The notes: generated by a model from the letters alone, not told the origin. A stretch of DNA of 64,000 nt from Bacteroidales bacterium UBA3808 (GCA_002369075.1 DFEG01000010.1:2-64001); one strand, 5' to 3'; counted from the first letter of the stretch, positions 9,326 to 20,560 are shown. A program made the numbers and translations.

Positions 9326-10111
9326 ATGTTCTTGATAGCAGGGCCTTGCGCCATAGAAAATAGGGATGTAGTGCTGACGACGGCAGAGACGCTTCGGCGG
9401 ATCTGCTACGACTTGGGTATCACCCTCTATTTCAAATCGTCTTTCGACAAGGCGAACCGCACCTCCGCCTCGGCGCGCGGGGTGGGAATGGACGAGGGGC
9501 TGAAGATCCTGGAGGAGGTCAAACGCACCTTCGGTCTGCCGGTCCTGACGGACGTACATGAGTGCTGGCAGTGCGCGCCGACCGCAGAGGTGGCGGACGT
9601 GCTCCAGATACCCGCTTTCCTGAGCCGTCAGACCGACCTCCTGCAAGCTGCGGCTGCCACAGGACGCATTGTGAACGTCAAGAAAGGGCAGTTCATGGCA
9701 CCCTGGGACCTCAAAGGCGCGATTGAGAAAATCGAACAGGTGCACCCCGAGGCGGCGCGTGAGGGGCATGTATGGCTCACCGAACGCGGCACCTCCTTCG
9801 GATACGGACGCCTCGTGGTGGACATGACGGGGCTGGTGGAGATGCGGCGGTTCGGTTGTCCGGTCGTCTTCGACGCCACCCACTCCGTACAACAGCCCTC
9901 CGCGCAGAGCGGCATAACCGGCGGTAACAGAGCTATGGTGCCGTATCTCATGCGGGCAGCGCTTGCCGTCGGCATTGACGGGCTCTTCATCGAGACACAC
10001 CCCGATCCCGACAAAGCCATCTCCGACGCCGCCAACCAGGTGCGCCTGGCGGACATGAGAACCCTCCTGGAGCAGGCCCTGCGTTTAGATGAAATAATCA
10101 GTCACCAATAA
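9326..10111 (+). CDS. kdsA: 3-deoxy-8-phosphooctulonate (KDO8P) synthase
   Basis: FLIAGPCAIE, FKSSFDKANRTS, LTDVHE, LQIPAFL and VVFDATHSVQ motifs. Confidence 0.9.
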   Translation: MFLIAGPCAIENRDVVLTTAETLRRICYDLGITLYFKSSFDKANRTSASARGVGMDEGLKILEEVKRTFGLPVLTDVHECWQCAPTAEVADVLQIPAFLSRQTDLLQAAAATGRIVNVKKGQFMAPWDLKGAIEKIEQVHPEAAREGHVWLTERGTSFGYGRLVVDMTGLVEMRRFGCPVVFDATHSVQQPSAQSGITGGNRAMVPYLMRAALAVGIDGLFIETHPDPDKAISDAANQVRLADMRTLLEQALRLDEIISHQ

Positions 10112-10150
10112 TCAGTCACCAATAACCAGTCACCAATAACCAGTCATAAA
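10095..10150. repeat. 14-bp tandem repeat TAA(T/C)CAGTCACCAA x4 bridging the kdsA stop and the next start codon
   Basis: Units at 10095, 10109, 10123 and 10137. The first unit encodes the last kdsA codons and the last unit ends in the A of the ATG at 10150. Confidence 0.95.
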
Positions 10151-11844
10151 TGGAAGAGACCATCACCATCTATTGCAAGAACACACGCTCGTATCACGAC
10201 GTACCGCGTGGTATTTCGCTGATCCAACTCAAAGATCTGTTGGGCATTGAGCTCAAGTACCCGATCATCGCGGCGCACGTGAACTACAAAGTCGAGAACC
10301 TCGATTTCCTGCTCTACAAACCCAAAGATGTGGAGTTCCTCGATGCGAGTTCTCCGTCCGGCATGAGGGTGTACGTACGTACGTTGGGAATGGTGTTGTC
10401 CTGCGCGGTGAACGAGCTCTTCCCGGAAATGGACCTGCGTGTCGAACATCCCATCAGCAAGGGCTATTACTGCACGCTCCAGTGGCACCGCGACAAGAGA
10501 CAGGACCCCGACGAGGAGCAGGAACCGCCTGTAATGACACGGGAGATGGTGAAAGACATTAAGGAGCGGATGAAACAAATCATCGCCGAGAACCGCCCCA
10601 TCATTGAGGAGGAGAAACAGACCAAAGAGGTGATCCGTATGTTCGCCGAGCGATACAACAACGAGTCTTCCATCTTCGAGACTCTCGGAAACCCCTACTG
10701 CCGTTATTTCCGCATGGGCGGTTTCATTGATTACTATACGAACGTCCTGCTCCCTTCCTCCGGCTATCTCAATGTGTTTGACGTCGTGCCGTTCAAAGAC
10801 GGCTTGCTACTCCGTATTCCGAACCGTACCAACCCAACCGTCCTTGAGGACGAGGTGGCGCAGGACAAGATGTTCTCCATTTTCCAGGAGTACAACCGCT
10901 GGAACAAACTGCTGCGTATCAACAACGTGAGCGATTTCAATATAGCCTGCAAGCAGAACAAGTCTTTCGGACTGATCAAGTTAGCCGAGGCGCTGCATGA
11001 GAAGAAGATAGCCCAGATAGCCGATGCGATCGCGCAGAAACGGCCGAAGATTGTCTTTATCTCCGGTGCGTCCTCCTCCGGCAAGACCACTTTCTCCAAA
11101 CGTCTGCAGATACAACTGCTCGTGGACGGTATTCGTCCGGAGGTGCTCTCCATGGACGATTATTTCGTCAACCGTGTGGACACCCCGAAGGACGAGAACG
11201 GCGAGTACGATTTTGAGACCGTCAATGCCGTGGACCTGCCTTTCTTCCGGCAACAGATGCACGACCTGCTGGACGGCAAAGAGGTCGATCTGCCGACCTA
11301 CGATTTCACCAAGGGAGAACGCGTCTTCCGCGGTAACAAACTGAAACTCAAGAAGGACTCCGTGCTGATCATCGAGGGGCTGCACGCCCTTAACCCATGC
11401 GTCCTGCCGGACGTACCCAAAGAGCTGACCTATAAGATTTATGTCTCGACCCTGACGACGATCAATATTGATAACCACAACTGGATCCCGACGACCGATA
11501 TCCGGCTCCTCCGCCGCGTCGTGCGTGACTACAAGTACCGCGGCTTCTCGGCGCAACAGACGATCGCCCGTTGCCCCTCCGTCGTACGTGGCGAGCAGAA
11601 ATGGGTCTATCCCTTCCAGGAAGAAGCCGACGTCATGTTCAACTCAGCGCTGATCTTCGAGTTTGCGGTGCTCAAACGCCACGCCGAACCGATTTTGCAG
11701 GAGGTACCCAAGTTCTGCGAGGAATACACCGAGGCGCACAGACTCCTCAAGTTCCTGCAATACTTCGTCCCCGTGCCCGAGCGCGAGATACCGCCTACTT
11801 CCTTCCTCCGCGAGTTCGTCGGCGGCTCGTCCTTCCGCTACTAA
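10150..11844 (+). CDS. Uridine/nucleoside kinase (PRK family) protein with an N-terminal TGS-like extension
   Basis: P-loop ISGASSSGKTTFSKRL, and a uridine-kinase-like DDYF...YDFE...P.YDF pattern. Confidence 0.6.
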   Translation: MEETITIYCKNTRSYHDVPRGISLIQLKDLLGIELKYPIIAAHVNYKVENLDFLLYKPKDVEFLDASSPSGMRVYVRTLGMVLSCAVNELFPEMDLRVEHPISKGYYCTLQWHRDKRQDPDEEQEPPVMTREMVKDIKERMKQIIAENRPIIEEEKQTKEVIRMFAERYNNESSIFETLGNPYCRYFRMGGFIDYYTNVLLPSSGYLNVFDVVPFKDGLLLRIPNRTNPTVLEDEVAQDKMFSIFQEYNRWNKLLRINNVSDFNIACKQNKSFGLIKLAEALHEKKIAQIADAIAQKRPKIVFISGASSSGKTTFSKRLQIQLLVDGIRPEVLSMDDYFVNRVDTPKDENGEYDFETVNAVDLPFFRQQMHDLLDGKEVDLPTYDFTKGERVFRGNKLKLKKDSVLIIEGLHALNPCVLPDVPKELTYKIYVSTLTTINIDNHNWIPTTDIRLLRRVVRDYKYRGFSAQQTIARCPSVVRGEQKWVYPFQEEADVMFNSALIFEFAVLKRHAEPILQEVPKFCEEYTEAHRLLKFLQYFVPVPEREIPPTSFLREFVGGSSFRY

Positions 11845-11861
11845 TGGCATACTATTTGCAC

Positions 11862-11889
11862 ATCAAATATCAAATATCAAATATCAAAT
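11862..11889. repeat. 7-bp tandem repeat ATCAAAT x4 in an intercistronic spacer
   Basis: Four perfect units ending 6 nt before the ATG at 11896. Confidence 0.95.
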
Positions 11890-11895
11890 AGATTA

Positions 11896-12285
11896 ATGAA
11901 ATTAATATTAATCATATTATTATCTGTTTTTGACTCCCTGCCGGGAGTACAAATTATCCAGGACTCCGCAATCTATATGCTCCTGGACGAAGCTATCCAC
12001 GGCAAGCACGAGCTCGTGGAGATGGACGGCTACCGTGTGCAGATCTATTCCTCCAACCTGCAACAAACGGCTAAAGGCGAAGCACTGGAACTGGAAGCTA
12101 AACTAAAGGAGACGGTTAATCAGACCGTTTATGTCCAGTATCTTCCGCCTTTCTGGAAGGTCCGTATCGGTGATTTCCGTACCTACGATGAGGCGCGGGA
12201 GTATAAAAAACAGTTCGTTTCCCGGTATCCCGAAATGATGGGGGATACCTATATAGTGCGTGATAAAATTCAGGTGTTGAAATAA
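11896..12285 (+). CDS. SPOR domain-containing protein
   Basis: GYRVQIYSS...[21 protein letters not shown]. Confidence 0.7.
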   Translation: MKLILIILLSVFDSLPGVQIIQDSAIYMLLDEAIHGKHELVEMDGYRVQIYSSNLQQTAKGEALELEAKLKETVNQTVYVQYLPPFWKVRIGDFRTYDEAREYKKQFVSRYPEMMGDTYIVRDKIQVLK

Positions 12286-12869
12286 TGAACTTGCAGGATT
12301 TTCATTCAAACCCCGAGGTCTCAGAGGCGATTGCTAAAGCGGTGGAGACCGTACTTCCCAAGATTGGCGAAGACCCCAAGCGCGAGGGACTCCTCAAAAC
12401 CCCGCACCGCGTGGGAGAAGCGCTCCAATACCTCTGCAAAGGCTATAACGAGGACGCGGAAGCAATCTTACGATCCGCCCTCTTCGAGGAGGATTACCGC
12501 CAGATGGTGGTGGTCAAAGATATAGATTTCTATTCGCTCTGCGAGCACCATATGTTACCGTTCTTCGGCAAGGTGCATGTGGCGTATATCCCGAACGGAC
12601 GGATTACCGGGCTTAGCAAGATTGCCCGCGTGGTGGACGTCTATGCCCGCCGCCTGCAGGTGCAGGAACGCCTCACCACCCAGATCAAGGACTGTATTCA
12701 GAATACCCTCAACCCCTTAGGGGTCATGGTCGTCATAGAGGCGGAGCACCTCTGCATGCAGATGCGCGGGGTCCAGAAACAACACGCCATGACCGTCACT
12801 TCCGACTTCACCGGCGCCTTTACCCGCCAGGAAACCCGCGACGAGTTCCTCAAACTGATAAAGGGTTAA
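12285..12869 (+). CDS. folE: GTP cyclohydrolase I
   Basis: [30 protein letters not shown] and the HLCMQMRGV motif. Confidence 0.93.
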   Translation: MNLQDFHSNPEVSEAIAKAVETVLPKIGEDPKREGLLKTPHRVGEALQYLCKGYNEDAEAILRSALFEEDYRQMVVVKDIDFYSLCEHHMLPFFGKVHVAYIPNGRITGLSKIARVVDVYARRLQVQERLTTQIKDCIQNTLNPLGVMVVIEAEHLCMQMRGVQKQHAMTVTSDFTGAFTRQETRDEFLKLIKG

Positions 12870-13878
12870 CGCGTTTCCCGATTAAGAACGGGAAGTACCG
12901 GTTGATACAATAACTTATCGGGAATAGCAGCACAAGGGAGATTGCCCACAAGGCGATGCTCCCTATATTTGTGGTCCAGAAACTGAGCGGAAAAATATTG
13001 CATAATATCCCAACCCCTTTGATCAATCCAAAAAGCGGAATATGTGTGCAGAGTACAATCAATGTATTTTGACCGAAATACAGCAACCACTTATGTGTTC
13101 CTGTCCATTTGTCCATTATGGCTGTGACGGCTAACCAAAATCCGACTACGCTGAAAGCCGTTAAATAAAAGAGGATCGGATTTCCAACTACGCAGGTGGA
13201 AATATGAAACTCCGGATTGAAGAAATATCCAATGATGATGCCAACAACCGAGAAAATGAGTATAGTGGCAAGCCGTCTAAATGGAAACTTGTTAATGCGC
13301 CCGCGGAAGAAGGTACTATATTCCGCTCCCGCCATGTACACAGGTAGCATTAACATGGCTGCCGTTATTTCCCATACACCTGTTTTGCCATAGGTGCCGA
13401 GTAGGCAGCCCAACGCAGCGATGACACATGCACCGAACCACCTCACAATCCGGGAAGGGACTCTGCGTAGTGCATAATATATCCATTCTGTGCTGACCAT
13501 ACAGCATAGAAACCATAGAGGCCGGTTCTGTACCAGTAACTCTACCTTCCCGCAAATTATTCCGCATAGTGGAACCCACCATCTTGTTTCTTCCGCTTCA
13601 TTGCCATGTGTGAGGCGGATAACAAGCCATAATAGCCAGCATAGAACACCAAACGTAATATATGGGATCAATAGCCGTAGGCTTTTGTGCTTGAAGAAAG
13701 CAGTCGGAGGCATCTCTGTATTTGCGAAAAGTCCGGCGACAAAGAAGAATGCCGGTAGGCATAATATATACGCTATGGTTTTTACTTCCGGTTGGTAAGA
13801 AGCATGGTAGAGCATCACCATCATGGCGGATAAGCCTTTCATGGCATCTGCCCATGATATACGTTGGCTATCTGGCAT
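12850..13878 (-). CDS. Acyltransferase family 3 membrane protein
   Basis: [19 protein letters not shown] followed by about 10 hydrophobic helices. Start placed at the internal ATG (13878). Confidence 0.6.
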   Translation of the reverse strand: MPDSQRISWADAMKGLSAMMVMLYHASYQPEVKTIAYILCLPAFFFVAGLFANTEMPPTAFFKHKSLRLLIPYITFGVLCWLLWLVIRLTHGNEAEETRWWVPLCGIICGKVELLVQNRPLWFLCCMVSTEWIYYALRRVPSRIVRWFGACVIAALGCLLGTYGKTGVWEITAAMLMLPVYMAGAEYSTFFRGRINKFPFRRLATILIFSVVGIIIGYFFNPEFHISTCVVGNPILFYLTAFSVVGFWLAVTAIMDKWTGTHKWLLYFGQNTLIVLCTHIPLFGLIKGVGILCNIFPLSFWTTNIGSIALWAISLVLLFPISYCINRYFPFLIGKRVNPLSV

Positions 13879-15397
13879 ACAAACTGTCTGTTGTAAATAT
13901 ATTCGTCTGCCCTTCACTCTCAGTCTCTATACCTACTGAATAAAGGATAGAATGGTACAAGAAATCAGTACGGTAACGCTTCCCTTTATTGGATTTTAGT
14001 GCTTCTATTTTCTTGGGGTATTGTCGGGCATACGCATCGCTGTACCAGACAAAACAAGCCGGATAATGAAGTGCCTCGTTTTCCGCTGCGTGCAGATACG
14101 TGCCGTCTTCTCCTAATGCTTCTCCGTGGTCGCTGAGATAGAATAATATGGCACAACGGTTTTCTAACCGTTGAATCAGACTATCCACTATTATATCCAT
14201 ATACAATATGGTATTGTCATATGAGTTGACTATCTGTTCATTTGTATTATTGGTTATTACACGTTCGGTGGTCACAGGGGTAAAAAGAATGTGCTCTTCC
14301 GGTACGTGCAGATTGTAATACCAGTGACTGCCTATGGTGTGCAGCACATATAGGTTACGAGCCTGGGAACATGCCATTAGACTATCTAACGGTGGTAATA
14401 GCTGCTCATCGTACCAGGGGTCAAAGACAAAAACTGATTTAGATGCGTTGGGGAAGATGATTGTGTCCGCCTCATGGATAAATGACACATAGGTTCGTCC
14501 GTTATCTTGATTACTGAGCCACGCGCTTCTAAATCCGCATTCTTTCATAGTGGTTATAAATGATGTATGTGAACCGCTGTACGCAGGGTGTAAACTGTCT
14601 GCCGGAGAGAGGATAATCGGAACGCTCGTACTGGTATAGGTGGGCTCGCTGTATATGTGGGGGAAACTGACTATATTCTTCCGTGCAGCAAGGAGTGGAG
14701 TGGTCTCGCGGGCATAGCCGTTGAGTTGTAAGTGATCAGCGCGCGCTGCTTCTCCTAAGACGAACACGACATCTATACTATCGGGCAATGCCTTAACCTC
14801 ATAGGGAATGGTAGTACGCTCGCTATTTAGTTGGATTTGTTGTTTATGGTATTCCGCAAAATTATGTACTATGTTGTACGGATAGCGTTGATTGATAGAC
14901 GATTGCAATCGTCCGTTCGCATGATAATATATCAATAATAAAGCAATTCCTCCGAGTGCGTGCAACCATACATGAGAGGGGGACGCTATACGGTGCCGCC
15001 ATACGCAAAAACCGACGGCTATTACTATGTGGAGTGCTATCCATCCTATTAGTTGCCAACTGATGACTCCGGCGATGGTACCACCGTTGGTATGCAGAGT
15101 GGCATCGATAATCATTGGCGTGATAGTGGCATGAAAGGCAACGCGGTAATAGGATACCACGGCACCACCTATACCCAATATGGGGACACAGATGTCGGAA
15201 ATATATTTATTGAGACCTGTCAGGTAAACAATCCATAGTGAAGCGATACCTAATGCGCAAAGGTATGCACCGATAGTAAGAACCGATTGGACACTATCCA
15301 TTGGGTTGTCAATGAAATCGGGTGCAATAAAGCAGATGGTTACCCATAGAGTCATGCAAACTACCCATATTACGTATTTTGCGTATCCTTGACTCAT
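13868..15397 (-). CDS. Phosphoethanolamine transferase (EptA-like, sulfatase superfamily)
   Basis: N-terminal TM helices and a sulfatase-type LSDHGEALGEDG motif. Confidence 0.7.
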   Translation of the reverse strand: MSQGYAKYVIWVVCMTLWVTICFIAPDFIDNPMDSVQSVLTIGAYLCALGIASLWIVYLTGLNKYISDICVPILGIGGAVVSYYRVAFHATITPMIIDATLHTNGGTIAGVISWQLIGWIALHIVIAVGFCVWRHRIASPSHVWLHALGGIALLLIYYHANGRLQSSINQRYPYNIVHNFAEYHKQQIQLNSERTTIPYEVKALPDSIDVVFVLGEAARADHLQLNGYARETTPLLAARKNIVSFPHIYSEPTYTSTSVPIILSPADSLHPAYSGSHTSFITTMKECGFRSAWLSNQDNGRTYVSFIHEADTIIFPNASKSVFVFDPWYDEQLLPPLDSLMACSQARNLYVLHTIGSHWYYNLHVPEEHILFTPVTTERVITNNTNEQIVNSYDNTILYMDIIVDSLIQRLENRCAILFYLSDHGEALGEDGTYLHAAENEALHYPACFVWYSDAYARQYPKKIEALKSNKGKRYRTDFLYHSILYSVGIETESEGQTNIFTTDSLYAR

Positions 15398-15398
15398 C

Positions 15399-18300
15399 TT
15401 AGCGTATCACTAATATCTTTACTACTGCTTTACCGTTGGTGGAATTGCAAAGTGCTGTATAAACACCTGCTGTAGCACGCCTTCCGTCCGGCAACTTGCC
15501 GTCCCAAACGGCTGTACCGCCATGACTCTTGGTCTTGCATACCAGATTGCCACCTGCATCTACAATGTTAACTGCGGTATTCTCCATTAGACCGGCAATG
15601 GTAATATATCCGCCATAATCAGGACGGACAGGGTTGGGGTAGGCATAGGCCTTGCTCATGTTCTTCACCGGCTCGCTGGCGTCGGCGCGGTAGGACGCAA
15701 TACCGTTATCGGTCCCTACGAACACTTCACCCGTGCTCGGCACAATGGCGATGGACTGAATACTATTAGATGGCAACAACGAGTTGTTTACCGTGAAATG
15801 CGAAACAGTAATCGTGTCGTCCTCTATGACATAAACGCCGGAGTTGGCTGTTCCGATCCACATTCTATTACCGCCATCTACCGCCATGCATTTGATTTGC
15901 TCGTCTCCCAACAGGTAGTCGCCCAAACCGGTGCCGTCATTACGCGGAATAATGATTCTTCTGCATGCATCGGACTTGAAGAAATCCGTCTCAGCGGGGA
16001 TAAGAATAATTCCTTTATCAGTACCAATCCATGTGCGGTTCTTCAAATCCTGGGTCAGACAGAAAATGTAATTCGGGCTCAATGTGTTGCCGTTCTGGTC
16101 AGTAAAAACACTGCGCTTAATACACCTGTCATCGCTGTTGACAGTTGGCGTGCCGTTGTCATAGAAGAGGAAAACTCCTTGAGAGTGCCGTTGGTCCATC
16201 ATCCATTTATAGCGGTTATCGCGGCGGTCTGTCCAGATAGCGCCGGGGGTGGTGAATTTTTGGTCAGTGCCGTTACTGCGTAATCTCATACCATGCCACT
16301 GACCGGCAGGAGTCAAAATATGCAGAGGTTGACCTATCGAGGTGGCGTTCAGTACCCATAGATTGCCTTGTTCGTCCATCATCGCACCGTCGGTACGGGT
16401 GTAGTAATAGTCGCCTACGGAAGTGCCTGATCGCCGCAGTGTACTATTGATGCTGTCGAAATGGTTAATCGCTTTATAGTCACGGAACTCAAAAACTCCC
16501 GTACCATAGGTGGCTGTGAAAAAATGACCGGGATCGTTGGCATCTACTGCATAGCTTACTACGTCAATCACATCGTGGCCGGTTCTCCAGATATCGTCGA
16601 GGGGAATGATTCTCCATTGATTGCCATCATATATGCTTAGTCCGCTTCGACGTGCAAACTCTGTTGCCCATCGTCCGCCCGGTGCTACATATACTTGATT
16701 ATGCGCCACTTGCAGGTTATACCCGAAATTATTAGCCGGACCTTCAGAATGGAAATAGGAATCCCCTTCTTTACTTAATTTTACCAAACCATATCCTGCT
16801 TCCGCTAACCAGTACTCGCCAAGAGTATAGATAGCATCTTGGGCTGCATAGCGGTCTGTCAGACCTGTAAACTGCTCGTTTTCATCCATCCGTAGCAATC
16901 CCACTCCCGGCTCATATGTCAGGAACTGGTTACCGCTCACATGAGCCCACAGCAATCGTTTGGATGTTACGCGGCTCCATACACTACCATTGTTCCGGTA
17001 GAGCGACGAATCATTGTCCAGCGCATACAGATGCCCGTTATAGACAACTGCGTGTTGCACTTTTTCCAATGGAATGAGACTGCTTTTCCAGAACGAGTAA
17101 TCTATTAAATTGTCCTTCTTGGATGCTCTATACAGCCGGTCATACGAATAAGCATACAGCGAATCACCCGTTTCTACAATCTGTTGTACTTCGACAGAAG
17201 CGGCATTACTACCGATATAATAGGTGTCAGTCACTTCCGCCTTACTTGGATCAATAGCAATGATACCGAATGGCATAGCTAAATATACATACTTGCTTCC
17301 GGTATAGATGCTGTTGATGGTAACGGCGACCGAGCCGGCTTTCATGTATATATCCGGCATTTGTTCGACTGTGCCGTCGTCGCTCAATAAGTCAATCCGG
17401 CCGTCCGCGTAGCCGATAATCAGTTTGCCGGATCGAGCATCGTATGCAATGTGGGCGATCGTAGCACCGTTCAGACCGTTTGCTTTGCTCCATTGCTTCA
17501 TCGTGTCATCCGCCCTATCTACAGAGAAAATGGATCCCTGGGTTAAAGCATAGATATGCCTTGGGGAAGCAGCCACTTCTTGTGCGTCGGTATAGGAGAA
17601 ATGCAGTTTCCATTGCAGCATGTCGCCGTTGTCCAATTGACTGCTTTCTTGTTCATGAATATTAGTCAGACCTTCTCCTGATTGGTCAGGCTCGTATTTG
17701 GTCAAGCCTTCGGATGTGCCTATCCATACGATTCCTTCTTCATCACTGGCAATAGACAATATGTCATTGGATGGCATGGCAGAGTTGTCGGTGGTATAAT
17801 GTGCAGTTATTTCCGTGCAACTGCTATTGAGAACATATACACCCAGATTTTCAGACCCTAACCAGATTTCACCATCCGGTGTTTCGCAGATGGATGAGAA
17901 AGATAAGGTTTGTATGGGGTTTTCTCCACTTTCATCGGTTATGTCCGGTCGGGTGATGGCGTCAGAACTGAAATAATCAGTCTCGGGAGATATGTATGCG
18001 GCGCCTGTTTCTGTTGCAATCCAAATCCGCCCTTTGCCATCTTGCAGCATGGCATAAATAAACCCGGGAGCAAATCCTTTTCCATGTTGATCGGTCCACT
18101 CGGAACGGGTAATGGTTCTATCGTCGGAGCTGTCAAAAGGAGTGCCGTTCTCATCAATCAGGCAAAGCATTGTATTATATCGCGCAGTACTCATCCATTT
18201 GTGATAAGGCCTCTTCTTATCAATAATTAGACCACCTGGAGTGGCTAAATGGAAATTGCTACCATTTACCATCAGATCTAATCCGCTCCATACTCCGTTT

Positions 18301-19469
18301 GCATCAATACATTGCCGCTGAGATAAGCGACCGGAATTGATAAACCATAGATTCCCGATCGAATCAAAGGTAGCCCAATCGAGTCGTGTATATTGACTAG
18401 GATTGGAAGCGGCGGCAGATGCCATTGGATTATTCTCTCCTGCAATCTCATGTCTAACCAACGTATCATGGTCAAACTCATAAAGTCCTGTTCCATAACT
18501 GGTTACATAGTAATGATTCTTATTGTTCGGATCAACTGCTACATTCATGAAATCCAGAACCGGCGTGTTGGTCTTCTTTTTGATCGTATCAGCCATTATA
18601 TTGATCCACTGTGTCCCGTCGTAATGCATTACATGTCCGGGGCGATTATATTGTACATCCCATCTTCCGCCCGGCACTACCCAAACCTCTCCCTGCGTGG
18701 CTGTTATCCGATAAGGTGTATTCACGATCGGGCCATTCGGCTTATAGGTCAGCCGGTCTGTCGCCGTGTAGCGAATGATGCCCTCGGTATTGCCGCTGTT
18801 CCAGTGGCTGTTGGCGTCCTGGTAATGTTTCCCTTTGTCGGCATCAGGACTGATACGCCCGTTGCGGAGCTCGCGCTTCCAAACCGTATAATCCACTATG
18901 TTATCCTGCCTCGATGCCGAGAACAGACTGTCGTCCGTGAACGCATAGATACTGTCGCTCGTCAGTTTCACGTCTTTCACCACGGTCTCCAGTCCGCCCG
19001 GACGAAGCCAGTAGCTGTCCACCATCTTATGCTCGCGCAGATCCATCGTCTGTACGCCGTAATGGGTCGCCAAATAAGCGGTACGGCCGGAGATGGTCAC
19101 ATTATAAATGGTCTTCTGCTGCGTCATGTCTTTGTCGTACAGACCGCCGACATATTGCACACCGTTGGACGAGAGTATATCGATCTTTCCGGTCGAGTAG
19201 CAGATAATCAACTGTTCGCCCAACTCGTCATAATGGATGCAGGTGATTCCTGTTCCGTGCAGACCGGACTGGCGGTTATACACCTCCATCTCTTCGGTCG
19301 TCTTGTTGACACTGTACAAGTTACCGTCCGAGACGGCATAGACCTTGTCCGGACTCATCGCTATCTGCGACACGTTGTTGTAGGCAAAATGCGTAGTCCA
19401 TTTGCCTGCGTAGGAAGACAGGACAATCCCTAATAGCCATGCTACGGCTATGTATCTGCGGTGTTTCAT
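15399..19469 (-). CDS. Giant two-component-regulator-propeller protein (tandem PorZ-like modules) with a T9SS C-terminal sorting domain
   Basis: Signal-like MKHRRYIAVAWLLGIVLSSYA and repeated propeller blades. The two halves are homologous (KWTTHFAYNNV... and QWKLHFSYTDA...). The tail is ...GVYTALCNSTNGKAVVKILVIR. Confidence 0.7.
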   Translation of the reverse strand: MKHRRYIAVAWLLGIVLSSYAGKWTTHFAYNNVSQIAMSPDKVYAVSDGNLYSVNKTTEEMEVYNRQSGLHGTGITCIHYDELGEQLIICYSTGKIDILSSNGVQYVGGLYDKDMTQQKTIYNVTISGRTAYLATHYGVQTMDLREHKMVDSYWLRPGGLETVVKDVKLTSDSIYAFTDDSLFSASRQDNIVDYTVWKRELRNGRISPDADKGKHYQDANSHWNSGNTEGIIRYTATDRLTYKPNGPIVNTPYRITATQGEVWVVPGGRWDVQYNRPGHVMHYDGTQWINIMADTIKKKTNTPVLDFMNVAVDPNNKNHYYVTSYGTGLYEFDHDTLVRHEIAGENNPMASAAASNPSQYTRLDWATFDSIGNLWFINSGRLSQRQCIDANGVWSGLDLMVNGSNFHLATPGGLIIDKKRPYHKWMSTARYNTMLCLIDENGTPFDSSDDRTITRSEWTDQHGKGFAPGFIYAMLQDGKGRIWIATETGAAYISPETDYFSSDAITRPDITDESGENPIQTLSFSSICETPDGEIWLGSENLGVYVLNSSCTEITAHYTTDNSAMPSNDILSIASDEEGIVWIGTSEGLTKYEPDQSGEGLTNIHEQESSQLDNGDMLQWKLHFSYTDAQEVAASPRHIYALTQGSIFSVDRADDTMKQWSKANGLNGATIAHIAYDARSGKLIIGYADGRIDLLSDDGTVEQMPDIYMKAGSVAVTINSIYTGSKYVYLAMPFGIIAIDPSKAEVTDTYYIGSNAASVEVQQIVETGDSLYAYSYDRLYRASKKDNLIDYSFWKSSLIPLEKVQHAVVYNGHLYALDNDSSLYRNNGSVWSRVTSKRLLWAHVSGNQFLTYEPGVGLLRMDENEQFTGLTDRYAAQDAIYTLGEYWLAEAGYGLVKLSKEGDSYFHSEGPANNFGYNLQVAHNQVYVAPGGRWATEFARRSGLSIYDGNQWRIIPLDDIWRTGHDVIDVVSYAVDANDPGHFFTATYGTGVFEFRDYKAINHFDSINSTLRRSGTSVGDYYYTRTDGAMMDEQGNLWVLNATSIGQPLHILTPAGQWHGMRLRSNGTDQKFTTPGAIWTDRRDNRYKWMMDQRHSQGVFLFYDNGTPTVNSDDRCIKRSVFTDQNGNTLSPNYIFCLTQDLKNRTWIGTDKGIILIPAETDFFKSDACRRIIIPRNDGTGLGDYLLGDEQIKCMAVDGGNRMWIGTANSGVYVIEDDTITVSHFTVNNSLLPSNSIQSIAIVPSTGEVFVGTDNGIASYRADASEPVKNMSKAYAYPNPVRPDYGGYITIAGLMENTAVNIVDAGGNLVCKTKSHGGTAVWDGKLPDGRRATAGVYTALCNSTNGKAVVKILVIR

Positions 19470-19514
19470 TGATACTTTTGTCATTTTTTCCGACACTTTA
19501 TCGGTATGTTGTGC

Positions 19515-20144
19515 TTATTTAGTGCTACTTTTGTGCATGTTTAGTGCATCCGCCAGTTTCTGCAATGCCCGCGCGCGATGGCTGATTTTGTTCTTTACCT
19601 CTGCCGGTAACTCGCCGAAGGTCTTGTCATAACCTTCCGGAATGAACACAGGGTCGTATCCGAATCCGCCTTCGCCGTATTCCTCTTCCGCAATCCGTCC
19701 GTGTACTGCCCCTTCTACTTGCATGACTGACGGCTGTCGGCTGGCTGCCGGGGGACTCATAAGCGTGATAACCGTGCGGAATTGTGCCCCGCGGTTGCTC
19801 TTGCCGGCTAATTCTGCCAACGCCTTTTGACGGTTCGCTTCCGGACTCCCAGCCCATCTTGCCGAATACACTCCCGGTGCGCCATCAAGAGCCGCAATCT
19901 CCAGTCCCGTATCATCCGCAAACACACCGTCAATAACCAATCTGCTATTCGCCAGCAACCAGTCATAAACGGCTTTAGCCTTTATGAGACTGTTCTCTTC
20001 CAGAGTGGTACCGGTCTCCTCTATCTCATGCAGAAAACCTATCTCGCTCAAACTCAATACCTCCACGCCCGCAGGCATGATCTTCCGCACTTCCTCTAAC
20101 TTGTGTGCGTTATTGGATGCAAATATCAGTCTCATTTTATCCAT
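19515..20144 (-). CDS. rdgB: Non-canonical purine NTP pyrophosphatase (RdgB/HAM1 family)
   Basis: IFASNNAHKLEE, DDTGLEIAALDGAPGVYSARWAG, FGYDPVF. Confidence 0.88.
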   Translation of the reverse strand: MDKMRLIFASNNAHKLEEVRKIMPAGVEVLSLSEIGFLHEIEETGTTLEENSLIKAKAVYDWLLANSRLVIDGVFADDTGLEIAALDGAPGVYSARWAGSPEANRQKALAELAGKSNRGAQFRTVITLMSPPAASRQPSVMQVEGAVHGRIAEEEYGEGGFGYDPVFIPEGYDKTFGELPAEVKNKISHRARALQKLADALNMHKSSTK

Positions 20145-20560
20145 TCTTGGTTTCGTCCTAAAAAACCGCGTTTGTCCAGACTCCCGCGAAGCACTAACTT
20201 GCCGTCTTTCATGTAAATCTTTCCGTAGTAGAACTTGCCGCTCTCCGGGTCTAATACTTTTCCGCCTGCCAACTGACCGTTCTCCGCTCTCATTCCGCGG
20301 ATAATCACCAACCCTTCTATCGGGGCGTTATGGTCTTCGCCCTTGCACGCCTCGCATTTCAAATCCAGCTCCTGATACATCAGCAGCTTGCTGACCTTGC
20401 CGTAATACAAACCGTCCGACCCTTTGTAAATGGTCACGACAGACCTCTTCTCGCCTGTCTTGTCATCTACTGTCTTCCAGTCTCCTAATATGCTCTGGAT
20501 TTGCGCACTCGCGCACATCGCGGACATTATGAATGCGGATAAAAAGAATGTCTTTTTCAT
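20132..20560 (-). CDS. DUF2147 domain-containing secreted protein
   Basis: The signal peptide MKKTFFLSAFIMSAMCASA, GDWKTVDD and GKVLDPESGKFYYGKIYMKDGKLVLRG. Confidence 0.75.
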   Translation of the reverse strand: MKKTFFLSAFIMSAMCASAQIQSILGDWKTVDDKTGEKRSVVTIYKGSDGLYYGKVSKLLMYQELDLKCEACKGEDHNAPIEGLVIIRGMRAENGQLAGGKVLDPESGKFYYGKIYMKDGKLVLRGSLDKRGFLGRNQEWIK

